Below, piece by piece: positions 1 through 13,999 of a DNA stretch of 64,000 nt (positions within the stretch are counted from its first letter, which is position 1; every line of letters begins with the position of its first letter). The notes under the pieces were generated by a model, which was not told where the DNA came from, searched no databases, and saw nothing but the letters and a program-made list of their open reading frames with translations. The stretch is from Takakia lepidozioides (lineage: Eukaryota; Plantae; Bryophyta), in NCBI GenBank assembly GCA_030704615.1, contig CM060732.1:34658001-34722000 (forward strand), written 5' to 3'. Both the position numbers and the translations under genes were made by a program.

Positions 1-534
1 ATTAGAATGCTTCCAAATTTTTTGTGGTAGGGAGTTTCCATGTAGGGAACAATATGACCAGATGAATTCTCCTTGTGATGAAAATTTGGACACATTTGAG
101 GCAAATTTGGGGTCAATTGTAGTGGATGGTCTTTTTGACCCACCACTTTTCCCATACAAAGCAACCCTCATGTGGTTTTGGAATTTGGTTCTGGAATTTT
201 GGCCCAAGGTGCTCTACATGCCAGGCAATTAGAATGTGGTTATGCTGTATTAATGAAAATTCATTTTGCCAGGCCAATTGCTTGGTCAATCCATTTTTTC
301 ACTCCAAAACTAGAGCACAGTAAAAATTTACAGCTTGCATTTTTGTTATAATCTTCATAATGACACGGTGAAATAAAATGAAATTCTTACAGTAAGTTCC
401 TGAAGTAGGTATGATTACTTTCATACAGTTCATCACCATCATGGATGTTTGTCAAATGTCAGATATGCAAACATGAGGGCATGTTCAGTTTTGGAATGGG
501 CTCACCAAAAAGGGGCTCGTCCTTTAGGGGTTAA
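1..534. mobile_element. Right end of a probable piggyBac-like (TTAA-targeting) non-autonomous DNA element, truncated by the window start
   Basis: Ends ...cctttagggg|TTAA (TTAA 531-534). Its reverse complement TTAA-cccctaaa matches TTAA-cccctaaa at 40227-40238. No transposase seen. Confidence 0.4.
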
Positions 535-827
535 TGTGTATATCGATTACCTAGTGGGTATGTGAGCAATTTTGAAGGTGGAGCATGAAGGAGAAATGAC
601 AGAAATGCAATTGCGTAAATGAACGACCGGATCGGTTCCTTCTTGATCATAACTTATGTACACATGAATTGTGATCTGAAGAGGTTCAAGGATTTTTTAA
701 CTGACTAGTCGAGTTGGTCTGAATCAAGACCATCGAGTTTTATGACATGACTATACTACCACTACGGGTCAAGAAACTTGTTATAACGGATGCAGGCCTA
801 GTGTAGCTGGAGGCTGATTCTACAAGT

Positions 828-3017
828 CTAGCAGCTGCCATGGGTGAAAGGGCCGGGAGTTCCAGTCCATCCTTCAAGACACTTGAGGAGAGGAGCCACT
901 ACTTTTCCCTCTGAGATGGCCTCATACACCTTCTCAATCTCTTGCCCCGGAGACACACTTCTCAACCCTGACAACAACTGCGTGCCCAACTCGCAGCGCA
1001 CAAACTTGTAGAGAGGGTACGTTCTGCACTCCTCAATCCGGTTCGGTACCGCGGAGTATCCCTTGTTATCGTAGGCCTCACGGACTAGCGGCACCTTAGC
1101 ATTCAGGCATGTCGTCAACTCCTCTTCGAAGGCAGAAATCCTGTGGAACACAGAGGTGGATTCCAATTTCTCGTTCTTGGGGTTTTGGAGAGCATGTTGC
1201 ACCAACACTTCCCTCAACTTTTGCATCAGAGGGTACGACAGACTTGTTGCATCGTCGATGTAGCTGAATACAGGTTGGCAGTTCACCACGCGTAACAGAT
1301 CTTTCTCGCAGAACCGTGCTGGCAAAAGCGCACCGTTACTGCCTGTGAAGAGCGTCTTCTTGGCAACCTGGGAAACAATTTGCTTGACTGCCGTCTGCAT
1401 TGTCTCCTCAATGTGACGAAGGTCGATGGCCTGGCACAGACCTACCAAGAATGTGGAGCTCATGAGCTTGAGAATCTCAATAGATTCCTCAGTTTTGCGG
1501 GCGGACACAAATCCCAGCGAGTTCACATCCTGGTTGTGCTGCTCCGCACTTTGTACGTGGGTGGTCACTGGGTTGGCCAAGTAGTTCAGTTCTGAGAGGT
1601 AGGAAGCCATGGCTATCTCCCCTCCCTTCATGCCATAGTCCAGGCTGGGGTTAGGTCCTCCACTCAGATTTGAGGGCAACCCGTTGTTGTAGTAGTCGTT
1701 GACCAGCTCTGAGAACTGTGCAAACATGAGCTTCCCAATCGCAGCGATGGCCAACCGCATGTTGTCCATGGAGACTCCAATGGGGGTGCCTTGGAAGTTT
1801 CCGCCATGAAGGGCTCTGTCCCCGGCGGCGTCGATGATTGGGTTATCGTTCACAGAGTTGATTTCTCTTTGAATGGCGTGTGTGGCATTGCGAATTACCT
1901 CCACCTGCGGGCCCAGCCATTGTGGGGAAGTACGCAGCGCATATCGATCCTGCTTGGGTTTCGTCAACGGGTCAGTCTCATGCAGCTGTGCAGCGGCCTT
2001 CATGTAGGAGCTTCCATCGAGCACCCACTCCATAATGGCAGCCGCCTCCATCTGGCCTGGGTGGTGCTTTAGCTTGTGCGTCAGCGGGTCAGCGAACTCG
2101 GGCTTTCCTTGCATCACTTCACAGAACAGCGCAGACAGAACTTCAGCCAGCAGCACCATCACATTGGCGTCAAAGCACACAGTGGAAGCCAAGGCTGAAC
2201 CCACCGCTGTTCCGTTGACAATGGCCAGGCCTTCCTTCGGCTGCAATTCAAACGGTTTCTCGACCCCAGCGAGTCTCAGAGCTTCCAAGGCAGTCACCTC
2301 CGTTCCGTCGTCGGTGACGGCTCTGGAGTTGGGTCTATTTGTAAGCAGTCCCGCGATGTAAGACAATGGAACAAGGTCTCCTGAAGCAGTAACGGTCCCG
2401 CGCAATGGCAACTTGGGTGTGACATTCGCATTTAGAAGCTTTCCCATGGCTTCCAGAATCTCCCACCGAATTCCTGAGTATCCCTGCATCAATGTATTGG
2501 TGCGCACAAGCATGGCTGCCCGCGTGGTGCACGTCGGGAGGCTGTTGCCCTTCCCGAGGACTCCCGCATTCAGAAACCTAATTAGCTCTCTCTGGAGCTC
2601 CACTCCTTGCTGTGTCCGCCGGTGAGAGGTGGCTCCAAAACCGGTTGTGACGCCATAGATATCACCCCCGTTCATGATCTTCTGCAGAACCCAGTTGGAG
2701 CTTTCATCTACTCGACTCTTGGCATTGGCAGCATCCAGCACAACTCTCACTTCTGGTCGGCGGGCCACGGCTGCCACCTGACCTACCGTCAAAGTCACCC
2801 CTTCAATGGCTACTTCGGTTGCCTCGTAGAATGTTTTCACCATATCTTTAACCTCCTCCAAATGGCTGCTTTTCATGGCTGCCGCTGCTCGCGCCCAGTT
2901 TAGAGGATCCGCAAGCTGGACGTCAGCAGAACAAATAGAATCAGCTCCAGTATGGTCTTGCAGGGATTTCGCTGCATTTCCGTTCATGGTCGCCTGAGCT
3001 TCGTTGGCCATCACCAT
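828..3017 (-). CDS. PAL: Phenylalanine ammonia-lyase, intronless, 729 aa
   Basis: MIO-forming ASG in [17 protein letters not shown]; YGVTTGFG; ELIRFLNAG (Phe, PAL-type selectivity); [14 protein letters not shown]; HGGNFQG; HNQDVNSLG. Uninterrupted ORF. Confidence 0.97.
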   Translation of the reverse strand: MVMANEAQATMNGNAAKSLQDHTGADSICSADVQLADPLNWARAAAAMKSSHLEEVKDMVKTFYEATEVAIEGVTLTVGQVAAVARRPEVRVVLDAANAKSRVDESSNWVLQKIMNGGDIYGVTTGFGATSHRRTQQGVELQRELIRFLNAGVLGKGNSLPTCTTRAAMLVRTNTLMQGYSGIRWEILEAMGKLLNANVTPKLPLRGTVTASGDLVPLSYIAGLLTNRPNSRAVTDDGTEVTALEALRLAGVEKPFELQPKEGLAIVNGTAVGSALASTVCFDANVMVLLAEVLSALFCEVMQGKPEFADPLTHKLKHHPGQMEAAAIMEWVLDGSSYMKAAAQLHETDPLTKPKQDRYALRTSPQWLGPQVEVIRNATHAIQREINSVNDNPIIDAAGDRALHGGNFQGTPIGVSMDNMRLAIAAIGKLMFAQFSELVNDYYNNGLPSNLSGGPNPSLDYGMKGGEIAMASYLSELNYLANPVTTHVQSAEQHNQDVNSLGFVSARKTEESIEILKLMSSTFLVGLCQAIDLRHIEETMQTAVKQIVSQVAKKTLFTGSNGALLPARFCEKDLLRVVNCQPVFSYIDDATSLSYPLMQKLREVLVQHALQNPKNEKLESTSVFHRISAFEEELTTCLNAKVPLVREAYDNKGYSAVPNRIEECRTYPLYKFVRCELGTQLLSGLRSVSPGQEIEKVYEAISEGKVVAPLLKCLEGWTGTPGPFTHGSC

Positions 3018-3265
3018 TCTGCTGCTGGGATTAGAGCGAGACCCTTCGAGAGGTTGTATTGGTATGGATTAGACAATGGAACACTGGTTTGGCAACGACT
3101 GACTAGTCCTGGATTGAGGGAGCGGTATATGCCGATCAGCTCTGAATCTGTAGAGATCAAAATTGGAGAGGCCGGGAGCGAATGCAGACTGTATATTGTT
3201 TGCCCGTCTACAACCCAGCTAGATGAGGTTGTTGTGATGCTGAGAGCAGGAATTTGAAGCTTCTC

Positions 3266-3508
3266 TTTATACGTTGTTTGCAGCTACAGTCACATTGGTG
3301 TACCGCCGCGTGATTGCCATGGATGCCTGATTTGACTCAGTCGGGGGTGAGAGAAACGAGCTCAGAGAGAGAGGTCAGTCAAAGTTGTCGACTTCGTTTT
3401 CATCCACATCGGACTAATGTTTTATCCAATAGTGCTTTGAATGGCTCATGTTTTCAAAGGATGATGCTATTTGTCATCCATGGTGGCGGAGTCAGTGTCA
3501 AGCACGTG
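3266..3508 (-). promoter_or_regulatory. Candidate PAL core promoter: TATAAA and G-box
   Basis: tttata at 3266-3271 (TATAAA on -) about 250 bp upstream of the ATG; CACGTG at 3503-3508. Short motifs only. Confidence 0.3.
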
Positions 3509-4785
3509 TGGTGCGATCCGTCAACAAGCTCATCCTCGCGCTCAGCACTCGTGCTTTGACTGCGAGTATCCAACTCGGTCCCTGGCCGCCTGCGCTGCTG
3601 TTCCAAGAAACTGTGGTCGATCCGGGACTCGGTGCACACCACAATGGACCTGCAACGTTGAACTGGGAATACTTGAAAACACCCTAAGTACGTAGTTAAT
3701 AGTATAGATCCACATCTACATGTTACTGATCTGCTGTTCTAAACTAGGTGTACAAGACTTGAACATGAACACTAGATTGGTCGTGCCAGATTTATAAGGA
3801 GTTTGACACTTGAGATGAAACTTGTGATTTCTTAAAAAGTACTCAGGGTGACTGGTGAAGTGGAAATATGCATGACTACAGGTATCAATTCAGGCTGAAA
3901 TAGTAGCATTTCAAGCTGGGTCGTATTTAATGGCAGAAATGGTGAATCGTTTGACATCGAGTTGACATCCAGTGTTCAAGATTGGCTGTTATTGTTAAAA
4001 GGACAATTTAAGATGCAGGTTAATGTTTAAAGCAACATCAACCGTTCAAAGTCGATTCAGCAGATCTAGAGGCACAATATTGGACTCTAGTCATTGCACT
4101 GTCGTTTCCCAAGGTCCGGTAGAGCTGTGAAGTCTTGAAGCTGAACCTGGTTCAAGGATGTAGGAAGACCGTCCCCTCTGTACTGATCTGTGCGGACAAG
4201 TTGGGGACCCAGTTGCTGTCAGCATAATATGGACTTTCTGGTCAAGAGCTCGTCAAGAGATGTACTGCACATCTCAGGCTGCTGCAAGTTAAAAGACTCA
4301 GCAAACCATTCGCATATTGTTTTTACTTCATCTAACGACAAGTTATGTTAAATTCAGAGTCTAGCTCTTGATTGATCATGTTGTTAGTTTCTCAGCCATC
4401 TTGCAGACAACTGGTTCTATAAGTGTACATACATAATTCTCGAGATTCATCCACAAAGGAATTTCATTTAACCTTTTCAGGTGTACAATTGGACTGCGAG
4501 GTCTGATCAACGTCCTATGTAGGCCCTCTGGCACGTCTGGCTAAAATTGTGAAGAAGATTTGGAGAATGATCAATATTGGAAAATTTGATAATTATCTAC
4601 CGTCATTCTTGTGAGTCGGATTATATATGACTGTGGTGTTGCAAAAGTCCCTGTACATAAAACAATGCAGTTGCAGAGTTTACAAAGAAAATTTCTAAGC
4701 CGTTGATCATGAGGTTCAAGGCTCAAGCAGTTGCCTTTCAATCTTCATCATATATTTTCTTGGTCACCTCTGAAGAAGCGTGCCA

Positions 4786-5260
4786 CTACCCGGTACCAGA
4801 CGTATCACAAAGTTTTCATACCAAGTCTGGTCTATATAATGGTGGATGTATATTTGTCCAAATACTGGTATGAGTATGAGTATCATGACCACAATACCAG
4901 CTGGTATGAGGTATCAACTCTGGTATCATCCTTTATGTGTATTGTATTTATTTTCACTTGATATTTGCTATTTGATAAACTTGTAATTCAAGATGGCTTT
5001 AGAAGTAAATATACATAAATACAAATGTATAGGCAAATGTACACATAAATTAATATGGTACACATACCAGAGTAAATAAGGTAGACTGCGGGGGAGTACT
5101 GGTATTGTGGCTGGTATGAAAAAACTGATACCAGCCTGGTCTGGTATATGACCAAGTACTCTCCCAAACGATACCAGACTTGGTCTGGTATCTAATACCA
5201 GTGCATATACCAGTACTTTATACCATTCTTCACCTACATACCAGTCCAACACTGAAAACA
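4786..5260. repeat. MITE-like repeat rich in ATACCAG/CTGGTAT motifs in both orientations
   Basis: Many copies of ataccag/ctggtat, e.g. aataccagctggtat and ataccagcctggtctggtat. Confidence 0.45.
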
Positions 5261-5879
5261 ACCCTGATAGTATTGCGCTTGTTATAACTCAAAATGAGTT
5301 ATAAAACAAAAAAACAAAATGAGCAATAATGTGAAAACAAATCTAACATCAACCCCACAATCTAACGCTGATATTGAAATAAATATTTCCACAACAAATA
5401 TGCATTGTTGGTTACGAAGCAGGGCCTTCCTCTATCAGCCTTCATGGCACTCTCTAAGAGGTTAGTTTTTCCTCTGTGTAATCTCGGACGATTCATGTCC
5501 ACAATCTATAAAGTTTTGAGGCTACTGTCCTTCTTTTAAAAAATTAAAATAAAAACATATGCATGATTTTGCATATACCAAACATTTTCATAAGTTGGAC
5601 AAAAAGATCTTAACATAAAGATATTGCATATTAAACAAACAAATCCTAGTTTTCCAAGCAAAAAAGTTGACAATATATTTTTATGCTCTCATACTCATTT
5701 AAAACTGACATCTTTGAAACAAATAATTTGACATTTATATTTATTACAAAAAATTAATAAAATACAACGATTAAAATTAAAAACAAAAACTCTAAAAATA
5801 ATATTAAAAAAACTTAAAAATTGCATTATTTAAAAAAATACAAAAATTATAAACGATTCTCCTAGGTTTATTTGTGTAT

Positions 5880-8800
5880 GTTGCCACCGATTATGGTTTC
5901 ATTACTAGATGAAATTTACTTTCTAAAGATTAATTAAAATATACAATATCTTATGTCTGAGATATAAAAAATCTCATATCTATGTAAAATTTGTCAGCGT
6001 ATCATTGATAATGATATTAAAAAAAAAAATTGCTTATTGAACATTATCGTGAATCAAAAAATACAATTGAATCAATGTAAGATGTTTTAAACCAATTGGA
6101 AAACGTCTTGTAGCCCCTCGAATGTCATACGCACAAATATATCAGCTGCATGGATTCGGTCAATTTCTTGTGATAGCATTATTAATGTTCCAACAAATGT
6201 TGATAAAATCCATATCACGTCTTACACATTGTATGTACTGTGTATCAGTTTGTCGCATTATTATTAATTTTTTCCCAAAGACGTTCGTCATTTAATTTAT
6301 TAGACGGGGAAAAACTAAACCCCATTGATACCATAAAGCATATAACACATCTATTGGATGAGGGATGAATCCAGACAGAAGCTAGAGAGATCACCATAAT
6401 GGTGAAAGCCTGAACGTAACCAGAAAAACCAGAGGCTTGGGGAGGACTGAATGGACGACATTATCAATCAGTCCCTCTTACTAAGTAATAATGCAAAAGA
6501 ATGAATGCAAGAACTGTCGTATGCGGGATGAGAGGGACCCTCTAACGTAGCCGCCACCCTACCCTTAGTTGGGAATGAGGCTCTCGGCTTCGATGAAGGA
6601 TCACAGCCACTTGTCGAATTTGAGCTTCACTGAGTGTTTCCCCCGGAGGTGCTTCTAATTAACATCAGGATCGAAATTTTGGGGAGTCAAGGCAGAAGCA
6701 CATAGTTAAGTTCCCGTAGGTTACATAAACGCTTACATAAACGCTTTGCCCACGATTTGCCCGGCGAGCGTGGGAGTTGGACCCTGTGATTGCTGGTAGT
6801 TTAGATAGCTGGATGAATTCCCTTCGTCGACCGCTGACCCTCTTCTAAGACTACCGACACATCTTGCGGATGGGTGGTTCTTGAGCCTAACCCACCTGAC
6901 TCCAGGCCCCGGATCCTCGTTCGCCTTTTCCCTTCGCGATTGCGCGGGTGGATATGATATGGTTCGAGAGTATTAGGTATAGCCTCATGGGTCATGGGTC
7001 CAAGGCTTTCGAGAAGCATAAGACTACGGAGCGGCATCGCTTCCCAAAATCACTTCGGTACGACATGACACCTATTTTTGACAATCTACTTATGAGGATC
7101 TAAGCGTATGAGGATTGAAAAGAGTAAACCTCAAAGAGCAAGCAAAAAATAAGACCATTTTTACCGTACCCTTGTTCTACAAAAGAACCACGCTTAGCAT
7201 CATTATTCCAAGGATACGCAGACATTTCACTGCTCGATTGAGCCTTGGAATTACATCCTAGAAAATAAAATCATAAATTGATATCTTCTATTTGCTGTGA
7301 ATCATCTGATATTAAGAGTGGAAGCACAATGATAGTTTTTCTCATGGGAGGAAGTGGATAGTGGAATCGACAAACATTTTCTATTTTTTTTTGCAACTGC
7401 GTCTATGATGATGAAGATGTGCATCTTTTATAGCTTTATGCAACACACTACTGTCACATATAATGTATTTGTCTATAATTTTTTTGATATCAATATTACC
7501 CGATATTCCTAAAATTGGGGAATTGGCAATCCGTAATAAAATGTGGTCATTTTCGCTTCCACGACTTTTGAAAGTCGGTTACAAAAAAAACCAGTCACTT
7601 GTCCAAACAAGTAAATTTTTTGATTAACTAATAATTTAAAAAAAAATTCATGCTATGATTGTAATAACGTGCACAAGTCACAGGGACTTGAATATTTGTT
7701 CAGCATCAAGGAAATTTTCTACGAATGTGTCTATGAGAGTATTTTCGTGTATTTCTTCAAAACAATCATAAGTATGTTGGTCGTCAACATCGTCTATGAT
7801 AGAGTGGGAATCCTTAGACAATTAAAATATTTTTTTTCAATTTTTTCTTATCGATACACCGACAAGTTGATATAATGGAGTTCCTAAGATTCTCAACAAG
7901 TTTAGAGTTGCCGAACAAACAAATGACGACATAATCATCATCAATGAACTTTGCTATAGAAATCCCTAATCCGACCCTACATTTCCCCATCTATTTTTCA
8001 AAAATGAATCTACCTGAGCCCACAACAATAAAATATTTGAAAAAACAAATGGCCAAGTTTATTTTTTCAAAGCAAATAATATAAAACATGATACATATTC
8101 ATCCCATTTTTCTTGTTTGCCAAACCAAACAAAATTGTAGGTCTACATGCAGAAATACGAGTGAAATCTAATATGTTGGTAGAATTATGTGTTGGAAAAC
8201 TATGCCACAGATAATGGGCTCGTAAATGAGCAGACGGTATTTTTAAATGTGCTACAACAACGCGTACACAATCTGTAGTTTGGATTCAATTCAATAAAAC
8301 GCGTGTAGCACAACACATAAGAACCGCGAATTCTCAATTATACATTACATTCCCAAAAGTAATGTCAATTTGGACCCCACTTTACAGCCAAAGCCAAAGA
8401 AATATAAGTAGGACTAGGGAATTTCGATCATTTAATTACACATATCATATTCCCTATCCAACTTGTAGCAGTTCGAACTATACATCATGCTCAAGGGTTC
8501 ACCCTTGATCGACTAACTTTTGAGCCAAAAAGTGTTACAAGACATGATCTAACTTACACACGAGCTTTATCTAGAATAAAGGAGAAAAAACACACTTTTG
8601 CTCGAACCAAAGAATTTCAATGTTGATAAGTCAATTGCCGAAAAATGAGACAACTTACAACAATGGCACAACATAAATTGTCAATACCTGCAGTTGCGAT
8701 CTTCTTTTTGGGTTGTGAAAACATTGAATATTTGTTCACTGAACCAATATCATTATGATAATTATCATCATGGTCATGGCACTACCATTTTATATGACAT

Positions 8801-9452
8801 TCAAACTATTCTCTCTCAGCATAAATCAGATACATAGGCGCTGACTTCATTTCCGCAATCTTCAATATAAATTCACGAAGAGCACTAAATGTAATTGCAA
8901 TTTATAAACCTCCCAAAATGTCATTACAAACATTTTTATTACATTTGGAGAATATGTACAATAAGAACACCGCACTCTTGCCCAACCATATTTATTGGGG
9001 ATTTCAATGTTGATATGTTACAAAAAGACTTCTCCATCCATCATGCTTTAAGACTACATGGAAACTCGTAAAGTTCAAATACCGTGCAATGAGAGTACTA
9101 CAAATTATGACTCTCAACTTGATCATATATGGATAAATGCGCCACCCCATCCATGCAAATCCGGTTCAATTGAATCATATTGGAGTGATCACACACTAAT
9201 TTATCTTGCTTTCAAACCTCTCAACCATATTAGTCATTTTATTCATCCAACAAAAGATTAATCCGCTCCAACATTATAGCTATCCCTTTTTGGCCATTAA
9301 AACAATTATGTACATTATTTTATCAACAATAAAAAAATACCAACTTATTCTTTCTCCAACCCTTTTTCACAAAATGTTACTCCTATATATTAAAATTGAC
9401 ATAGAATTATAGAAAAATAATTATAATTGACGAATATCCCATCATTCACTAG
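5880..9452 (+). mobile_element. Degenerate Helitron/Helentron-like element (DUF6570-like region, PIF1 helicase, AP-endonuclease)
   Basis: Manual translations: KRLVAPRMSYAQIYQL..IINVPTNVD (about 6100-6210); MLVELCVG..ATDNGLVN (about 8170-8230); FPIQLVAVRTIHHAQGFTLD..ALSR (about 8450-8580); IAIYKPP, IFIGDFNVD, QLDHIW, YWSDH (about 8890-9200). Possible CTAG|T end at 9449-9453. Many stops and frameshifts; unrelated GC-richer insert at about 6300-7060. Confidence 0.7.
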
Positions 9453-12364
9453 TGCTTTTTTTCACTTTTCCAGAATCGCAGGTAGGGCCACATGTAAATT
9501 CTACCGAACGCCATGTGGTGAGAATAACGAGGTGACAGAGCTAAAAAAAATGGATATATAACAGGTGTCATATTTTAACAGGTCCACATAGGAAAAATCT
9601 GGCTCCTGATATTTAACCATGGCGCTTTCTGACGATTTTCTTGATTTTTACTCCTTAGTAAAAGTAGCTGACCCATTTTCCAGGTCGAAATCTGGCTATT
9701 TTTCACCAGATTTAAAAACATGATCTTACAAGTCAAGTTATTGCTTAAACCAATCGGATGTACCTAGTATAAAAATTGTATTTTATCTATGTAAATGGCA
9801 GGGCATACAAAAGGAGCCATGAAGCAAACACGAGGGCGAACCACAGAAACATGCTGAGACCAAATGATTCTTTTTGGTTTTCTTTTTTTCAAAAATAAGA
9901 ACGGAAACCCCGAAATAGGTGTTGAAAAAAAAGGGCTTCTGTATTCTCCTGCAAGCAAAGTATGTGTGCGAGATCGTCTCTCTCTCAAAGTCTCTGTGCA
10001 ACGTCTTGCAAAGACGGTTTACTTCGTGTGTGGGATTGCAGTGATATAGAACCAAACAATTGATTTGATCCCAGAGGCGTATATGAGGACTCGCGGGAAG
10101 GTTTGCGACAGGATTATGGGCTTAAAATGACCTACATGATTTGATCTGTCTTCAAAGACAATTTGGAGTGGAGGACGGTTGAATTTTTCACCGCATTTAA
10201 TCATGATTCTTGTACTCGTTCGAGACCAAAAAATATAGGACAAGAACGATAATCGGACAACCAAAAAAAAAGTTGTGAAGACTTCAATTGTCTTGTGGAC
10301 ATTTTTTCAATGTATCGATCCTTCTAGTGTACTTCTAGTGTGCTGACTTGTCCAAATTTATGTAGAGACAGATTAAAAGAATTGTCATGGACTTCTTTTT
10401 CATGTGCAATACATGAGAGTAGAATGACAAAGGTAATGTGCATTGGAACTGTGGGTTAACCAGTTTTCAATTTAAACCAACGACAAAAACATGAGTCAAC
10501 CAACAGAGGCAGATCTAGCAAACCATTCAACTAATATAACCTTGCTTATTTAATGTCATTTTTCTGGTGTTGCAATAGTGTGAGAGGCACTCCACTTGCT
10601 GAATCTGATCAGTGAGCAGGTTAGCTATTTCTTTGCATTATGATCATCTGTCTCATGTGTAGCACAAGTTGTTTCTCCTCTTCTAACTCAAACTGTACAT
10701 CTGTGAGCTGTTGCACATGCAAACCATAACAAATCTTGTATCGTGTCGGGCGCGTATATTTGGGCATCAGCAATGGACAATATTTGTCGAACTTTTCCCT
10801 AATAAATTAAATGTGCTCATAAGACGTTGAGGGTAGGTAGGGAAGAACTCAACACATTAAACATGAGATATGTAGAAATCCTCGCTTACTGATTAATCCA
10901 CGCTCTCACGCCTCACGCTCTGTTTCTCGATTAGTCCATGTTCTCACCTTCCACACATTCCATTCTCTCTTCAGATCTGATAACACCATACTATCGCTTC
11001 TCGTTCGTTCCATACTACAGTCTATGACTGTGGAACCCATCGCTGTAGCACGATAATCCATATTTCACTGCAAGTTGCGTGGCCCTGAATTAAATATGTT
11101 GCCCCGTCGTGTTCCCTTCCACGTGATTCATTCGTGTGTTTCATTCCACATGGGCTTATGTTCAACTTCCTTATAATTTAATGACGACATCATCATATCT
11201 ACTCCTTTAGATGTATAATATACCTTAAATAAGCACATTACTTCATAAAATAATGAATGCCCTAAAGGCATAGTAATGGTTAGCTTAATATTATAAGTCG
11301 ACATTGCAGTCTTTCACAATTATGGACCAGATTTTATCCATGATGCTTAATTCCATTCATCAATCATTTTTTTTTACCAACGGTGTTGATCAAATTCATC
11401 CTACATCTTAGGACGCACATTGTGTTTGAAATTAATGTAAATTGTCACATAATCCTACATCTGCAATTAATGTGGGATCCATTGGAGATTGATCAGAGTA
11501 TCCACATTCATCTATAAATGGAACACATAAAGAACCTAAAGAGCAAAACAAATATGTGCCCAACTGGGACCCACTCAAGATATAAGGCCTTAAGGTCCTT
11601 CCATGCAACTGAATCCGTAGTCCTTGCTAAAGGCAGGGCCAGTAAATTTTTCCAATCTTTCTATTTGTCTATTTTTTCCCCTCTTTTTAAAAAATGACAA
11701 ATTACTTGTGTTAAATGATGAATAATCATGGTATATTATTTGAAGGAATGTGTTTTGTTTTGTTTTTTTTTGTTTTTTGTTTTTTTCATGAACAGGGGTG
11801 TGTCTTAAAGTAAAAAGAAAAAAAAGAGACAGTAAATACCTTGAGGGTACTAGATTGCATTGTAGTGAACCTTTGCCCAAAAACTCATTCAACGGAATGA
11901 GCCTCCTTAAATGATTTTTTCTTTTTTCTTCTTAAAGAGCCCGAATATGTGTACATGTATCAAATTTTTAGAGGAAATGTAATGGTCAACCAAATGGAAT
12001 GACCATAGTATGAATTAACCATCTACTGCTCATTCTTATGATACTTTTGACAGATGTCAAAATTGTGTTATTTGCGGATGCCAAATAAGTTGAATTTGGG
12101 CTGTTCTTGGATGCATACCAAGTAACCATGTTCCCCACATTGCAGATACATAGTGCCATCAAGAGAATATGTCGAGCTAAGGTATTCCTGGATCATTAGT
12201 CTCACATTACTATCATTTATCAAGTTAGTTGTCTGGTTGTCAGTAATCTGCTTATTTTTAACTATTTTTATCCATTTCACAAGGGTAAGTTCTTCCATGT
12301 AAATATTGTATCTAACAGGCTTCTTCGGTATGTAAAACTAGTGTCCCGGGCTTTGTGTTTTTAA

Positions 12365-12389
12365 ATATATATATATATATATATATATA
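12365..12389. repeat. (TA)n microsatellite at the 3' end of the L1 remnant
   Basis: atatatatatatatatatatatata. Confidence 0.9.
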
Positions 12390-13100
12390 AAGGACTGAGG
12401 CCCTGCAAGAAACTTTATTGGAGCGTCAAAATGAGAACAGAGAGGAGGAAAAAATAACCTCCTTAGGGGCCGTAAAGGCATGACACATTGGATATCACCC
12501 AGCACTGATAGGGAGTAGGGGGGAGTTATAGAATACTACTGACCAAAACCTTGGTTGAGGGGAGAGGGGGAATTGCCACGAGGCCTAACCACGAGTAAGG
12601 CCACCCAAAATGAAAATCAGCTAAGTATATGGCTATTAAGCAGCTGCCGGGGGGGGGGGGGGATAGTGGTGGGATTCTATCACAAAACCAGCGAAGATGA
12701 TTAGCCACCAAAGTTCAGCTGGAGCTTCAACTTAGCCGCACGCAGACTGAGATGTTTCCAGTTGACATTGGGCCCTTTCGACTCAGCACGGAATTTGTCA
12801 TCCCCTGGGGATGGCATCATGCCAAGTGATTCGCGAGTCCGAGATCCTAGTCCAGAGGATGCCGCCTTTTGCCCAGGAGAGGTCGAAGTCCAAGAATAAT
12901 TGATTACGCCTCCTCTCGCTGCACCTAGCTACAGCTGTTTGGAACGACACCCAAGCCTTGCGCCCTTCAGTCATCAAATCAGCAAATAGTTTGTAAAGCA
13001 CTAATCTGATGCTGGGGCTCTTCCCTTAAAATGTCAGACTACATCTTGCCTTCCATAAAGACCGGAGGGTGTGGCCCCTCAAACATGCCCATATTTGGGG
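12390..13100 (-). mobile_element. L1-type LINE remnant, 3' part
   Basis: The minus strand reads PQIWACLRGHTLRSLWKARCSLTF, resembling the L1 ORF2 C-terminal W..R..F segment; AATAAA near 12414. It appears to continue the fragment at 20340-20990. Confidence 0.5.
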
Positions 13101-13309
13101 GGATGCCTCCGCGTGAGCCTGGCTGCGTGAGCGTGTGAGCACGTGAGCGCAGTTAGGCTCACGCCACATCAGCAGTTGTCGCCATGTTGGTTCACAGGTA
13201 TTACGGCACGTCAGTAGTCCTCGTCAGTGTGGTTGACGCCACGGCACGTCATGCCACGTCATTTCGATAGGCTATAACCGCGGACAGAACAGGCGGAAGG
13301 GGGGAATGC

Positions 13310-13961
13310 TGTCACGGACATAGCCCAGAAGAATTTATCAGGAATAAATACCAGAAGTTACCAAGTTACCATGTTACCGAAAGTTACCATGACTTACCGT
13401 GATTTATTATAATCTACCATGATTTACCATTACTTACCAAGTTACCGGGAGTTTACCAAATTACCAAGAGTAACTTGAGAAACTACTCAGGAAGCTTCAT
13501 TTGGAGGAAACTTCTCCATCAACATACCTCCTTTGTTTAAAGAAGCTTCTCCATCAAGAAACTTTTGTTTAATCTTGGAAACTTCTCCAGCAAGAAACCT
13601 CCATATGGGAAGCTTCTTGGGGAAGCTTCTTAGTAGCCAGTATATATAGGAGGCGAGACTGGACACTCTTCAGTCTCGCCAACACCAGTTCAAGCTACTC
13701 TTGTTTCCAGTTCCCAGTACTCTAGTCTAGTTCCCAGTACTCTAGCCCAGTTTCCAGTATCTGGTACTCCAGTCCAGTTTCCAGCATTCCAGTATTCAAG
13801 TCGTGTTCCAATATCTTGTACTCTTGTTCATTGTTATAAAGATCGTCTTGATTCCTATTTACTCATCGTGTAATCGGCCACGCCGACCTTGACTTCTTGT
13901 CTAGCATTGTACCTCTAGTTTTATTTCTTGTTTGTGTTCAGTCATGTTCTCGTCCTTGACA
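13310..13961 (+). repeat. 5' LTR of chromovirus copy 1
   Basis: TG...CA ends; TATATATA at 13641-13648; ttacc/ccagt short repeats; similar to 19053-19648 and to 49055-49671 (reverse complement). Confidence 0.95.
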
Positions 13962-13999
13962 GTTTGGCGAGACTAAAGTTTGTTCTTTAGTTAGTTAAG

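Noticed and set aside
828-3017. TAL or HAL instead of PAL
   Set aside because: Has Phe-Leu at the selectivity position (IRFLNAG) and plant PAL length.
1380-3257. Short + strand ORFs overlapping PAL
   Set aside because: Antisense shadows of the PAL CDS with no recognisable motifs.
7669-7875. ORF starting HKSQG as a PIF1 helicase motif
   Set aside because: The collinear motif (TIHHAQG) lies at about 8480 and the rest of this ORF has no helicase similarity; likely chance.
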